From the NCBI GenBank assembly GCA_050951325.1, contig JBMNIW010000007.1, positions 32,001-96,000 on the forward strand: a DNA stretch of 64,000 nucleotides. The letters are read 5' to 3'. This document shows, in pieces, positions 1 to 10,220 of the stretch (the first letter of the stretch is position 1; each line of letters opens with the position of its first letter). The translations under genes were made by a program, and so were the position numbers. The notes beneath the pieces were generated by a model. It saw only the letters and a list, made by a program, of their open reading frames with translations, had not been told where the DNA came from and ran no database searches. The stretch comes from Clostridia bacterium (lineage in GTDB: Bacteria > Bacillota > Clostridia > UBA1212 > DUPL01).

Positions 1-662
1 GAAGAAGGCGTCAGAAGCGCATATATCTTTGCATTTGGAAGTTCATCTGCAACTCTTTTTAATACGTTGAAATAGCTTTCGGCCCTTTGTTTTGAATACC
101 AGTAAACTTCAAGAATCCTGTCTCCTATCCTAAGAAACTTCTGGTTGTACTCATAACTGATATCCGTTGTAGGAGCTGGAGTTGGAACTGGAGTTTTTGT
201 TGGTGCTGGTGTAGTTGTTGGTGTTTGCTCGCCGGGCGTAGCCTGAGGACTGCCAGGTGTCATTGTTGGCTCCACAGTTGGTTCCGGACTAGGGGTGGGC
301 TCAATTGGTTCAAACCCGCTGGGAGGATTAAAAATATTTGTGTTTTCATCATAATCTGCCCCTTCCCCGCCTTCAACCAAGGACACGTCATCCTCGCCTT
401 TCCTGGCCATTAGAGTTGTGAATTTAAAGCTTGTGTCCATGAAGAAATCCCTAAAAGGAAACTGATCCTGAAAGTACTCCTCAAATTCCTTTGCAAAACT
501 TCCGTCCAGCAAAGACTTGACAGTCAGTTTTGGCCTTTGTGCAAGGGTCCTGTTTTCCTTGTATGATGCTTCTCTGTCACTGTCCGTCAAACTAACAATC
601 ATTAATGAAAAGATAAATACTTCAAACAATACAGTAATGGATAGTGCGTGTCTTCTTGTCAT
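1..662 (-). CDS. DHHW/AlgJ-like O-acetylation accessory protein, runs off the window edge (not in ORF track)
   Basis: AGGAGG then ATG at 662; manual translation MTRRHALSITVLFEVFIFSLMIVSLTDSDREASYKENRTLAQRP...DGSFAKEFEEYFQDQFPFRD has the ENR.LA..P...F.DQFPFRD pattern; Pro/Thr-rich segment at about 170-320; lies directly downstream of an MBOAT gene. Confidence 0.7.
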   Translation of the reverse strand, partial: MTRRHALSITVLFEVFIFSLMIVSLTDSDREASYKENRTLAQRPKLTVKSLLDGSFAKEFEEYFQDQFPFRDFFMDTSFKFTTLMARKGEDDVSLVEGGEGADYDENTNIFNPPSGFEPIEPTPSPEPTVEPTMTPGSPQATPGEQTPTTTPAPTKTPVPTPAPTTDISYEYNQKFLRIGDRILEVYWYSKQRAESYFNVLKRVADELPNAKIYALLTPS

Positions 663-672
663 GCAAGTCCTC

Positions 673-1583
673 CTAGAATCTGAAATACAGGAATGGATTG
701 TAGCTCTTTGCCACCAACATTGCGCTGCTTGTAAATAAAACAAGCAGAACAAAGATGCATGTGGCGATAAATGCAAATTCCATCTTCACCCTGCCACTGT
801 TGTACATGTTGTTAAGTCCCCTTTTGACAACTCTTGCTATAGGCATACAGCCAACGGAAGCAGCCATTAGCAAATAGAAGTATTCATTAATAGTCAGGTT
901 GATAAACAAGTCATTAACAGGTCTGTCTGAAAAACCAAACAAAACTTTAAACATGTAAGTCAGTGAAGCAGTATCAGTGTAGTAGAAGATGACCCAGCCC
1001 ATCAATACAACAAAGGATGTAAAAATCCATCCGATTATTTTCACTCTTTTCTGCGGTCAATCTGCTCTGCAACATGCGAATACGTTACAATAGGTCCTGC
1101 CACAAGCTGAGGGAACATGGAAATGTATAAAAGAAACTTTGAAAAAGACTTTTGCACCCGTACCTCATGTCTGTACACGTCAATTACATAGGTCAGTGCC
1201 TGGAATGTATAGAATGAGATTCCAAGCGGAAGTGCAATTTCCCAAAGTGGAAACTGGGTCTTCAGTACATAGTTTATGTTCCCTACGAGGAAGGCCCAAT
1301 ATTTGAAGAATGCAAGCATTCCAAGAACAACACTGGTAGATATTGTTAAGTATATCCTTCTCTTTCTTGTATTTTGGGTTGCATGCATAAAAAGACCTGC
1401 CAGATAGCATACAAAAGAGCAGATCAGAATAAGGATAAGCAGTTTTGGTTCTCCCCATGAGTAGAAAACAAGGGAGAAAAGGAGCAAAACCGCATTTCTC
1501 CACTTGATATTGCTTGATAAAAAGTATATAAGCAAAAACAAAGGAAGGTACAGATATACAAAATGTAGACTTGCAAATATCAA
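673..1583 (-). pseudogene. AlgI/DltB-type MBOAT O-acyltransferase with internal deletion and frameshift
   Basis: ORF 1041-1583 has LPLGISFYTFQ and FPQLVAGPI; ORF 673-1044 has GWVIF and the family C-terminus SYNPFLYFRF; the central FDFSGYSD, FWRRWH and GLWHG segment is absent. Confidence 0.85.
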
Positions 1584-1597
1584 AATTATACCCCGTT

Positions 1598-2599
1598 TCA
1601 GACAAATGTCATGTAGTCCTTATAGTTCTCCTTTAAAAGATTTGGCGTATCAAGTCCATATGGGCATCTTTCCTTGCAGCTGTTGCATTCGGTACAGTCT
1701 TCAATTGCCTTCATTTTGTCAATCCAGTCTTTTGACATATATACTGTAGTCGGTGCCCTTCTTATCATAAGCGACATTCGTGCACAGTTTGGAATATCAA
1801 TATTCGAAGGGCAAGGGAGGCAGTATCCGCAGCCTCTGCAGAAATTGCCTGTTAATATATCCCTGTCCTTCTCAATGATGTGCGTGTATTCCTCATACTT
1901 GGGAGGTTGGTCGATATATGAAACAAACTCTTCAAGTTCTTCAAGCTTTTGTATACCCCAGATGGGTAAAACATCATACTGCATCATGAAGGCAAAGGCC
2001 GCAGCACTGTTTTGTATAAGGCCTCCTGCAAGAGCTTTCATGGCAATAAATCCCATATTGTTGTCAATACATTCGTTAACCAGTTCCATCTCACTGTCAC
2101 TGGCAAGGTAGCTGAAAGGAAACTGCAATGTGTCATACAGGTTTGATTCAATCGCCTCTTTGGCAACCTTAATCCTGTGATTTGTAATACCTATATGCCT
2201 GATATACCCTTTTTCTTTTGCCTTCAGCATCTCCTCATACAAACCTGTTCCATCGTCAGGTTTTGGGCAAAAAGGAGGATTGTGAAACTGATACAAGTCA
2301 ACATAGTCTGTTTTGAGTTCCCTTAAGGTCGTCTCCAGGTCCTTTTGAAACTCCTCTTTTGTTTTGGCCATTGTTTTGGAAGCTATGGTAATATTATGCC
2401 TCACATTGCCAAGAGCAATACCTATCTTTTCTTCACTGTCTGTATAGAATCTTGCAGTATCATAAAATGTAATGCCGCTTTCATAAGCTCTAAGTAATAT
2501 CTTAGTAGATTCCTCTACACCAATTCTTTGTATGGGCAGAGCGCCAAATCCGTTTTTTATTGTTTCAATACCTGTTTTCCCTAAAATCATAACTACCAC
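1598..2599 (-). CDS. Aldo/keto reductase with C-terminal 4Fe-4S dicluster
   Basis: GFGALPIQR, YDTARFY, DYVDLYQFH; CRGCGYCLPC and CTECNSCKERCP. Confidence 0.9.
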   Translation of the reverse strand: MVVMILGKTGIETIKNGFGALPIQRIGVEESTKILLRAYESGITFYDTARFYTDSEEKIGIALGNVRHNITIASKTMAKTKEEFQKDLETTLRELKTDYVDLYQFHNPPFCPKPDDGTGLYEEMLKAKEKGYIRHIGITNHRIKVAKEAIESNLYDTLQFPFSYLASDSEMELVNECIDNNMGFIAMKALAGGLIQNSAAAFAFMMQYDVLPIWGIQKLEELEEFVSYIDQPPKYEEYTHIIEKDRDILTGNFCRGCGYCLPCPSNIDIPNCARMSLMIRRAPTTVYMSKDWIDKMKAIEDCTECNSCKERCPYGLDTPNLLKENYKDYMTFV

Positions 2600-2641
2600 C
2601 TTTACATATATTCGTATAAATTTTCAAAAATATTAGGATAC

Positions 2642-2683
2642 CTAAAACACCTCCGTATCATATAATATACGGAGGTGTTTTAG
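2642..2683. promoter_or_regulatory. 17-bp perfect inverted repeat covering the RBS of the small ORF at 2684; could also terminate transcription
   Basis: CTAAAACACCTCCGTAT-catataat-ATACGGAGGTGTTTTAG. Confidence 0.7.
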
Positions 2684-2845
2684 TTGAATAAAAATGATTT
2701 CCCGCTATTTATATCCGCTGTTATTACCAAGATAGCACATGATCTAACAGACGAGCAGATACTAATACTGTTATCCGCCCTGCATTATTCCATTGACACC
2801 CTCAAGACAATACTTGAAATGAGGAAGTTTGAAGAGCTGCTATAA
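2684..2845 (+). CDS. 53-aa small protein, DUF6774-like (below ORF-track cut-off)
   Basis: GGAGGTG then TTG at 2684; MNKNDFPLFISAVITKIAHDLTDEQILILLSALHYSIDTLKTILEMRKFEELL, stop TAA 2843-2845. Confidence 0.6.
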   Translation: MNKNDFPLFISAVITKIAHDLTDEQILILLSALHYSIDTLKTILEMRKFEELL

Positions 2846-4327
2846 TACTTCCACATCACACAGGTTGTAATAACCGTCATCCGTCATGCGTTCTTTACTC
2901 ATTCCAAAGAGTATGGGTCTGTCTTTCTCAAACAAACCTATCTGCAGCTTTGCTCTCTGTTTTGGCACATTTGCAAAGTCAAGTTTTATCTCCTCATAAA
3001 TGCAGTCTTCAAGGGAAGGAACATTAACAGGCTGCCATTTTGTTACGTCCACATCATCGCATGAAAACTCATAAGTGTTTCCATTCTCCATGTCAACAAG
3101 CCTAAACTTGAGCTCATACTTGTGATAACATCTGGAAAACCCTCTGTTTGATACGATTAGAGTAAATGTATTAACCTCACCTGCATTCAAATCAGGCAAT
3201 TTCAATCCTTCAATGAAGAACCAGTAGCCAAGCCTGTTGGCGCAATAATATGCCATGGATTTAAATGTATTTAAAAACTTCCTTGGATACCCGTGAAAAC
3301 CGGCATACGTTGCCCTTCCCCTCATCAAAGCAGCCAAAGCGGCATATCCGTCCCTGAAAAGTGGCGGATCAAACTCAGGAGACATGTAGTGGCTAAAATG
3401 GGCAAACTCAACATCTACGGGCCCAATTTTGCTGAAGGCGTCATACAGCGAAGGAGACCTTAAAGAGTCGTATCCATACCATTCACAGTATCCGTCCACA
3501 CAAATAGAGTCGTCCCTTAAACCCAAACCTTTGGAAAGGGCATAATCAATAATTGCCTGGTTCTCTCCTGGATTGGGTTCTTCCCTCTGGCAGACATAGT
3601 CATCGTTAAGAAGAATAAATTTATCGGGAAAATTATCTACATGAAGATCAATATGTTTTATCATGGTATCAAAAGAGAACACCTTTCCGCTTCCCTCGCA
3701 GGTGTGCCCCTCTCCCCAGGTTCCAAAGGTGCCTACGTCTACAAATTCAATCAAAGGATCGTTGTTGAACTTTCTTCCGCACTCCTGCATGAACCTGGAA
3801 AGATACTCAAGATAGATTTCATCGCCGTAATCCGGCTCAATCCTTCCATTAATATCCGTAAATTTTGCGCCTTTGTCAAAAACCCACTTGGGAGTTGCAT
3901 ACTTCAAAACACCTTCATGCGTACCTTCAAAAGTGCAGATTCTTAAAGAAAACATGTATCCTTTTTTGCCCCATACATCCATTATCTTGTCTATGTACGT
4001 CCAGTCATACACGCCTTCTTTCTTCTCAATATCTCCCCAGTCAAATCTTAAATACAGATGGTTGAGCAGAGGAAAGTCCTCAAGAAAATCGTTAATTACC
4101 AAATCGTAATCCCCATCTTCCTTGTATACAATTTTCTCATACCTGTCCCTGTATGCACCTCTTCCATAACCATTGTCTATGTAGTGCCAGTACCATCCCT
4201 TATGGGGATTCTTAAGAACCGTCTTGTCGTCCTGCCAGTCTCTCAGGTCAACAAATCTGCCCAATCCTTTTGGGTCTTCTTTGTAATAAAAGGGTCTGTT
4301 AAGTTTACTCATAAATATCACCTTCAA
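2840..4327 (-). CDS. DUF4832-domain putative glycoside hydrolase (clan GH-A-like)
   Basis: NPHKGW, YLRFDWGDIEKKEGVYDW, GTFGTWGEGH, RLGYWF; no signal peptide. Confidence 0.65.
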   Translation of the reverse strand: MKVIFMSKLNRPFYYKEDPKGLGRFVDLRDWQDDKTVLKNPHKGWYWHYIDNGYGRGAYRDRYEKIVYKEDGDYDLVINDFLEDFPLLNHLYLRFDWGDIEKKEGVYDWTYIDKIMDVWGKKGYMFSLRICTFEGTHEGVLKYATPKWVFDKGAKFTDINGRIEPDYGDEIYLEYLSRFMQECGRKFNNDPLIEFVDVGTFGTWGEGHTCEGSGKVFSFDTMIKHIDLHVDNFPDKFILLNDDYVCQREEPNPGENQAIIDYALSKGLGLRDDSICVDGYCEWYGYDSLRSPSLYDAFSKIGPVDVEFAHFSHYMSPEFDPPLFRDGYAALAALMRGRATYAGFHGYPRKFLNTFKSMAYYCANRLGYWFFIEGLKLPDLNAGEVNTFTLIVSNRGFSRCYHKYELKFRLVDMENGNTYEFSCDDVDVTKWQPVNVPSLEDCIYEEIKLDFANVPKQRAKLQIGLFEKDRPILFGMSKERMTDDGYYNLCDVEVL

Positions 4328-4330
4328 AAA

Positions 4331-4819
4331 TTAATATCCGAACACGCCCAGCAGGGACTCGTCGTTTTTAATCCATTCTGAAACCTCAATACATCTATAC
4401 TCGTCCTTTGTATCCCTTATGTACACTTTGTCAATGCCTGCATTAATAATCATTCTCTTGCACATTGAACAGCAGCAGGCATTCTGTACATACTCTCCAC
4501 TCTTAACCTCAATTCCGGTCAAATACATGGAACTGCCAATCATCTCATTCCTCGAGGCACTTATAATGGCATTGGCTTCTGCATGAACGCTTCTGCAGAG
4601 CTCATAACGCTCTCCCCTTGGCACATTCATTTCTTCCCTAATGCATCTGCCAATATCGCAGCAGTTTATCCGTCCTCTAGGGGCACCCACGTAACCTGTG
4701 GAAATGACCTCGTCATTCTTTACAATGACCGCACCATATTTTCTCCTTAAACATGTACTTCTGTTTGATACAACTTCAGCTAAATCCAAATAGTAGTTAA
4801 CTTTGTCTCTTCTTTTCAT
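4331..4819 (-). CDS. dCMP deaminase (ComEB family)
   Basis: STCLRRKYGAVIV, HAEANA, CxxC zinc motif. Confidence 0.9.
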   Translation of the reverse strand: MKRRDKVNYYLDLAEVVSNRSTCLRRKYGAVIVKNDEVISTGYVGAPRGRINCCDIGRCIREEMNVPRGERYELCRSVHAEANAIISASRNEMIGSSMYLTGIEVKSGEYVQNACCCSMCKRMIINAGIDKVYIRDTKDEYRCIEVSEWIKNDESLLGVFGY

Positions 4820-4912
4820 ATGATCACCTGGAGACAAGTATAACAGAAATATGTTTTATTGTCGATAATATGTGATATAATTGGAAGTGACTATTCTAAA
4901 GAGGTGAATACA

Positions 4913-7618
4913 ATGTCATCGAAAATCCTTATTGGGATTGTATCTATAATCATGCTTGTGTTACTTGCAGGATGCAATGGTGAAAACGTGGAGGATTACC
5001 GAATGATGGACGAAACAAAGTGGGATACATACAGCGATACCTGGGCATGCGTGGATGAGCTTGGCCGCACGGTACCAGGATACGAGGAAGTGGGGCCACG
5101 AAGAGAAGACAGGTATGTAGGCATATTCTACCATCTGTGGCACCACAACACCTTCTATTTAAATGGTGCAGGCGCCTGGGGCAAACAAACCTCCGATGTG
5201 ACAAGGATACTAAGAGAAGATCCTTCTGCCCTTGACAACTACAAATCGCCTTTATGGAGGTCGACAACCCCCTTCTATTGGGGCAAGCCCATATTCGGCT
5301 ACTACGACCTTCAATATGACGATTATGTGCTAAGAAAGCACGCTCAGATGCTTTCTGACATAGGTGTGGACGTCCTGGTTATTGACCTCACAAACTTCAC
5401 AGAAGAAACGCCTTTTTTCTATGATTATGAATCATTGATGCACCTTTGCAAGGTGTTTACGGATATAAGGGAGGATGGCGGCAAAACTCCTCAATTTACA
5501 TGGCTGCTTAGGTGGAACAACCTGGGCGGAGATTATGGCATACGACAGCTGTATAACGACATATACTCAAAGAACCTGTACTCTGATTTATGGTTCATGT
5601 GGGAAGGAAAACCCTTGCTCATAGGAGACAAGAGCTCCCTGGACCCTGTAAAAGACAAGGAAATCATCGACTTCTTCACATGGAGGTCCGCTCACCCTGA
5701 GTATACAGCACCTGACGAGGAAAACGACTGGGCTTGGAACAGTATTTATCCTCAATATCCAGCATACACAAGCACAAATGACAGGGAGGAAGTTGCGGTG
5801 GGCACCGCCCAAAACTGGACGCACGGACTTGCCTTCTTCTCCTCCAGAGATGAAGAGGGCAACTTCATTGCAAGAGGAAGAAGCTACCACAATGGAAAGC
5901 AACCTCTTTTCAAGGACCCAATAAGTAGTGAATACCCATCAAAATATGGGCACAACTTTCAGGAAGGCCTTGACAGAGCACTTGAGATTGATCCAAACTT
6001 CATATTCATAACCGCATGGAATGAGTGGATTGGAGGCAGGTTCAATCCAAACGAGGTTCCCTCCTGGGCAATACAACACAACCAGCCAGCAGGTGGTGCC
6101 TTTTGCGACGGCTACACACCCGAATTTTCAAGAGATATTGAGCCTACTCTGGATGGTGACCTGGGCGACAACTTCTACTACCAGCTGGCTATTGCAATAA
6201 GAAAGTATAAAGGGGTAAGAAGACCGGAAATAGGAAAACCAAAACCAATAATAATTGACGGTAATTTTGATGATTGGAAGGATGTAAGACCCGAATTCAG
6301 AGATGATATGAACGACAAGGCAATAAGAAATGCCAAGTCCCTTGAGAAGAATGTCACATATGTCAATGACACAGGAAGGAACGACTTCAAACTGATGAAG
6401 GTATCCACAGACAAGGACAATGTGTATTTTTATGTTGAAACTGTAGACCATATAACAAGTTACACCGACAAGAACTGGATGCTCTTGTTTATTAAAACTG
6501 ACGATGACAAACCAAACTGGCAGGGTTACAACTTTGTTGTAAACAGAGTAGATGTAAAAGAAAATACAACCACCTTGGAAAAATCATTAGGCAACTGGCA
6601 GTGGGAGACTGTTGCCAGCGACATTAGATATGTAGTTTCAGGCAACAAAATGGAGCTTGCCATACCAAGAAAACAGCTCGGTTTGAAATCAGGAAAAATA
6701 GATATACAGTTCAAATGGCATGACAACATGCAAAACGTAGGAGATGTATATGAATTCATGTTGAATGGAGATGCCGCTCCAAACAACAGATTCAACTACA
6801 GGTATATGGAAGAAGCGGAAAAGTCCTCCTTTACAAGAAACCTCTATACCATAGCAGGAGTAGAAGATTCAATCACATTAAAAAAAGGAGAAAAGATCGC
6901 AATAAGATTTGAAGCTGAATATGATATTGATGGCATGGAAATATTCCTGTCACCTCCAGGCTGGGAAAGTGTTGACAATTCAAGCAGTAAAATAAGATAT
7001 GAAGGGACCTGGGGACAAGCAGAAGAAGTACATTTTTCCAACATAGCAGGTTCTTCTGTTACCTTTGTCTTTACAGGCACGGGAGTAAGGTGGATTGGTG
7101 ACAAGGCTCCGGACAGGGGCATTGTGGAAGTTTACCTGGATGGAAAGCTTGTAGAGGAGGTTGATACGTACGGCACCCAGCTGCTTAAAAAGCAAGTCCT
7201 TTATGAAATCACAGGTCTTGAAAACAAGGAGCATGAACTCAGGATTGTAGTTACGGACAATATGGGAAAGGACTCTGTCGGCACTTACCAATCAGTAGAT
7301 TGTTTTGAATACCTGCCTTCTACCAAATCAGGCAAACAGGGTTTTGAATACCGCCTATACAAATGGAGAAACAGCTACAAAAGCAGCATATCAAAATGGG
7401 CGGTTAAGAAAGGTACCGTTAAAAATGCTGAATTAGGCAAATGGCTGAGCCTAGAAAAGGCAAAACTGGAAAAAGGCGAATATGTGCTTGTTATCGAGAC
7501 AAAGTCTGATCTTTCCATCAATGCCTATGGTTCCAACTACGACAATGTCACGCTTTTTGTTGGTGGAAAGGAGGAAAACGGATGCCTCAAGATACGCGCC
7601 AGATACAAGTCAGCTTGA
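4913..7618 (+). CDS. Lipoprotein: GH99/GH71-like domain, CBM9-like domain and C-terminal beta-sandwich modules (paralogue 1)
   Basis: GAGGTG RBS, lipobox LAGC; WGKPIFGYY, RKHAQML, WNEW, EFSRDIEP, FKWHDN...GDAAP. Confidence 0.7.
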   Translation: MSSKILIGIVSIIMLVLLAGCNGENVEDYRMMDETKWDTYSDTWACVDELGRTVPGYEEVGPRREDRYVGIFYHLWHHNTFYLNGAGAWGKQTSDVTRILREDPSALDNYKSPLWRSTTPFYWGKPIFGYYDLQYDDYVLRKHAQMLSDIGVDVLVIDLTNFTEETPFFYDYESLMHLCKVFTDIREDGGKTPQFTWLLRWNNLGGDYGIRQLYNDIYSKNLYSDLWFMWEGKPLLIGDKSSLDPVKDKEIIDFFTWRSAHPEYTAPDEENDWAWNSIYPQYPAYTSTNDREEVAVGTAQNWTHGLAFFSSRDEEGNFIARGRSYHNGKQPLFKDPISSEYPSKYGHNFQEGLDRALEIDPNFIFITAWNEWIGGRFNPNEVPSWAIQHNQPAGGAFCDGYTPEFSRDIEPTLDGDLGDNFYYQLAIAIRKYKGVRRPEIGKPKPIIIDGNFDDWKDVRPEFRDDMNDKAIRNAKSLEKNVTYVNDTGRNDFKLMKVSTDKDNVYFYVETVDHITSYTDKNWMLLFIKTDDDKPNWQGYNFVVNRVDVKENTTTLEKSLGNWQWETVASDIRYVVSGNKMELAIPRKQLGLKSGKIDIQFKWHDNMQNVGDVYEFMLNGDAAPNNRFNYRYMEEAEKSSFTRNLYTIAGVEDSITLKKGEKIAIRFEAEYDIDGMEIFLSPPGWESVDNSSSKIRYEGTWGQAEEVHFSNIAGSSVTFVFTGTGVRWIGDKAPDRGIVEVYLDGKLVEEVDTYGTQLLKKQVLYEITGLENKEHELRIVVTDNMGKDSVGTYQSVDCFEYLPSTKSGKQGFEYRLYKWRNSYKSSISKWAVKKGTVKNAELGKWLSLEKAKLEKGEYVLVIETKSDLSINAYGSNYDNVTLFVGGKEENGCLKIRARYKSA

Positions 7619-7682
7619 TAAAATCAACCATTTTGTGTATAGTTATATAATATAACAGAATGATTATGAAAGGGAAGATGAA

Positions 7683-8489
7683 ATGAACGTATTGGTTACC
7701 TTGAATGCCAACTATATCCATCCTCTTAAAGTGATGTTGACCTCCCTGTTTGTGAATAATCCTGATGAAACTTTTCAAATATATCTGATGCATTCAAGTC
7801 TTACAGAAGAAGAAATCAATGACATACGTACGAAAGTGGAGGAAAACGGAAGCAAGTTGCATAATATTACCGTAGGCGAAGACTGCTTCAGCAACGCACC
7901 CACACTAATGCACTATACAAAGGAAATGTACTATAGGCTTCTTGCCTTTAAGGTACTGCCGAAGGAAATTGACAGGATTTTGTATATCGATCCGGATATT
8001 CTGGTATTGAATCCTGTGCGAAAGCTTTATGAAACCGACTTGTCCGGATACTATTTTGCAGCTGCAAACCACAACATAATATCATACACCGAGATAAACA
8101 AGATTAGGCTTGGTGCATACGACATTGAAGCCTACTACAATTCCGGTGTGCTGCTGATGAATCTGGAAGAGCAGAGAAAACATATTGATGAGAATGAGAT
8201 TTACAATTTCCTGGTGAAAAACAAGACAAAACTAATACTGCCTGATCAGGATATTATGAATGCGCTGTTCAGCAAAAAAATAAAGAGTCTGGACGAAAAA
8301 CTATACAACTATGATGCCCGTAGATACCGTTATTACAAAATAGCTACAAATGGCGAGTGCGACATGCACTTTGTCATATACAACACTGTAATGCTGCATT
8401 TCTGCGGAAAGCGAAAACCGTGGAAGGATACATACAGCGGTAGATTCCATGCACTGTACAAACACTACGAAAAGCTGGCAATCAGCTGA
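7683..8489 (+). CDS. Glycosyltransferase family 8
   Basis: YYRLLA, ILYIDPD, YNSGVLLMNL, DQDIMN, HFCGKRKPW. Confidence 0.9.
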   Translation: MNVLVTLNANYIHPLKVMLTSLFVNNPDETFQIYLMHSSLTEEEINDIRTKVEENGSKLHNITVGEDCFSNAPTLMHYTKEMYYRLLAFKVLPKEIDRILYIDPDILVLNPVRKLYETDLSGYYFAAANHNIISYTEINKIRLGAYDIEAYYNSGVLLMNLEEQRKHIDENEIYNFLVKNKTKLILPDQDIMNALFSKKIKSLDEKLYNYDARRYRYYKIATNGECDMHFVIYNTVMLHFCGKRKPWKDTYSGRFHALYKHYEKLAIS

Positions 8490-8917
8490 TCCATAATACT
8501 TGCTGCGCTTTCAACAATATCCGCACAAGGTCTGGATTTGTAATATTCTTCAGTTCTTTTTTCCGGAACTGGACTATCAATGGTAATATTCAATCCCAAA
8601 AGCTCTCTACAAAGTAGAGAGCCATTTTCTTCTTTAAACCTTTTTGCCAGATCCTGAATAACCTCATAATGTTTGGCCTTGCCTATGTTATCTTTGGGAT
8701 TTGTGTATCCAAACAAAACTCCTGCAACCACGAACGTACCGGTCAAGGCACCGCATACTTCTCTTAATCTGCCCATTCCTCCTCCAAAAGAGGAGGAACT
8801 CTTTAAAGCCAAATCCTTGTCCACATTAGTTACATCACTAAAAGCCAGAACTACAGCCTGACAGCAATTGTACCCTTCTTTGAACAAAGCCTTTGCAATC
8901 TTTGAGTGTTCAGTCAT
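8465..8917 (-). CDS. C_GCAxxG_C_C family putative redox protein
   Basis: [14 protein letters not shown]...VCGALTG, CRELLG, C-terminal Cys; probable start MTEHSK. Confidence 0.85.
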   Translation of the reverse strand: MTEHSKIAKALFKEGYNCCQAVVLAFSDVTNVDKDLALKSSSSFGGGMGRLREVCGALTGTFVVAGVLFGYTNPKDNIGKAKHYEVIQDLAKRFKEENGSLLCRELLGLNITIDSPVPEKRTEEYYKSRPCADIVESAASIMDQLIASFS

Positions 8918-9251
8918 GTCTTCTCCTTCTTCTACAGTGTTTTCCGCAAAAGTCGTTATCATCGCATAAAGTATAGACACCACCTTCAATAACCAGCGGC
9001 CAACCGTTTACAAGAGACTGGGCAAGTTTTCTTCTAGCTTCCACATATATGCTTTGAACTGTGGTGCGGGCAACATTCATCTGTTTGGCGCTCTCTTCCT
9101 GAGTCAACCCTTCCAAATCTATAAGCCGTATTGTCTCATACTCGTCTACGGTCATATTTATTGTTCTATCCTCGTCATACCCCTCCAATGGACCGAATCT
9201 GTTCCTTCTTGGAAGAGCGCAAACCCTGCGTCTTTTTCTTGGTCTAGGCAT
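8910..9251 (-). CDS. DUF134 HTH protein
   Basis: [39 protein letters not shown]. Confidence 0.9.
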   Translation of the reverse strand: MPRPRKRRRVCALPRRNRFGPLEGYDEDRTINMTVDEYETIRLIDLEGLTQEESAKQMNVARTTVQSIYVEARRKLAQSLVNGWPLVIEGGVYTLCDDNDFCGKHCRRRRRHD

Positions 9252-9398
9252 TGATCCACCTCATCCAATATTTATTAACATATGCCATTTTCATTATATC
9301 ACTCCTTGCAAATATTTAAAAGAGTGACTTAATCACTGTTATTGAGATCAGAGAGTAGTAGAATATGCTGGAAAGACAAATTTTTGGAGGTTTTGAAT

Positions 9399-9611
9399 TT
9401 GAAGGCACAAGTGGACACAAATATCTGCGTTGCTTGCGGCTGTTGTACGAAGGTATGCAGAAGAAACGCAATACACATCTACAAGGGAGTCCATGCCTTT
9501 GTTGATGTGGAAAAATGCACAGGATGCGGTCTTTGTCAAAGAGAGTGTCCCGCATCAATTATTACTCTTGTGGAAGGGAGCGCATTATCTAATGAAAAAA
9601 AGGTGGTATGA
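9399..9611 (+). CDS. 2x[4Fe-4S] ferredoxin
   Basis: CVACGCCTKVC and CTGCGLCQRECP; GGAGG upstream of TTG. Confidence 0.85.
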   Translation: MKAQVDTNICVACGCCTKVCRRNAIHIYKGVHAFVDVEKCTGCGLCQRECPASIITLVEGSALSNEKKVV

Positions 9612-10176
9612 TTATCTATACATCTTTTCCGCCCTTTATTTATTCCTCGGGCTCTTTCACATACTGTTTGCATGGCTTGGACTCATCTGCTTTATAACTC
9701 CTCTTTTAATCTCCATATTCGGAGGAGGCAAAACGTATTGCAACAAGTATTGTGGAAGAGGACAGCTGTTTGAGTATTTAGGCAAGAAGAAGAAACTGTC
9801 CAGGAACAAACCCATGCCAAGATTCATGACAACAAAGTGGTTTCGATACGGTTTCCTCATTTTTTTCATGATAATGTTTCTAAACATGATATTTACCACA
9901 TACCTGGTATTCTCAGGAGCAAGCAGCCTTAAAGAAGGCATAAAGCTCTTGTGGACATTTAGAATCCCCATGAAAGTTCATTTTGCCAAAAACATGTTTC
10001 CTGCATGGGTTTACCAGTTTGCCTTTGGCTTTTACAGTGTCATGCTTACATCCACCATTCTGGGCATTGTAACCATGCTGCTGTATAAACCCAGGTCCTG
10101 GTGCGTATATTGTCCGATGGGTACCATGACCCATGGCATTTCAATTCTTAAAGAAAAAACACATAAAAAAGCATAA
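9592..10176 (+). CDS. Membrane 4Fe-4S binding protein (Fer4_5 type)
   Basis: Several hydrophobic helices; YCNKYCGRG and RSWCVYCPMG. Confidence 0.8.
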   Translation: MKKRWYDYLYIFSALYLFLGLFHILFAWLGLICFITPLLISIFGGGKTYCNKYCGRGQLFEYLGKKKKLSRNKPMPRFMTTKWFRYGFLIFFMIMFLNMIFTTYLVFSGASSLKEGIKLLWTFRIPMKVHFAKNMFPAWVYQFAFGFYSVMLTSTILGIVTMLLYKPRSWCVYCPMGTMTHGISILKEKTHKKA

Positions 10177-10220
10177 ACAGAAGATAATATGTGAAGCAGA
10201 AGATATCAGGAGAGACCTTT

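Noticed and set aside
1035-1049. 15-mer at the MBOAT deletion junction matching 63829-63843 (AAAGAGTGAAAATAA, opposite strand)
   Set aside because: AT-rich 15-mer matches are expected by chance in 64 kb; no other support for a recombination site
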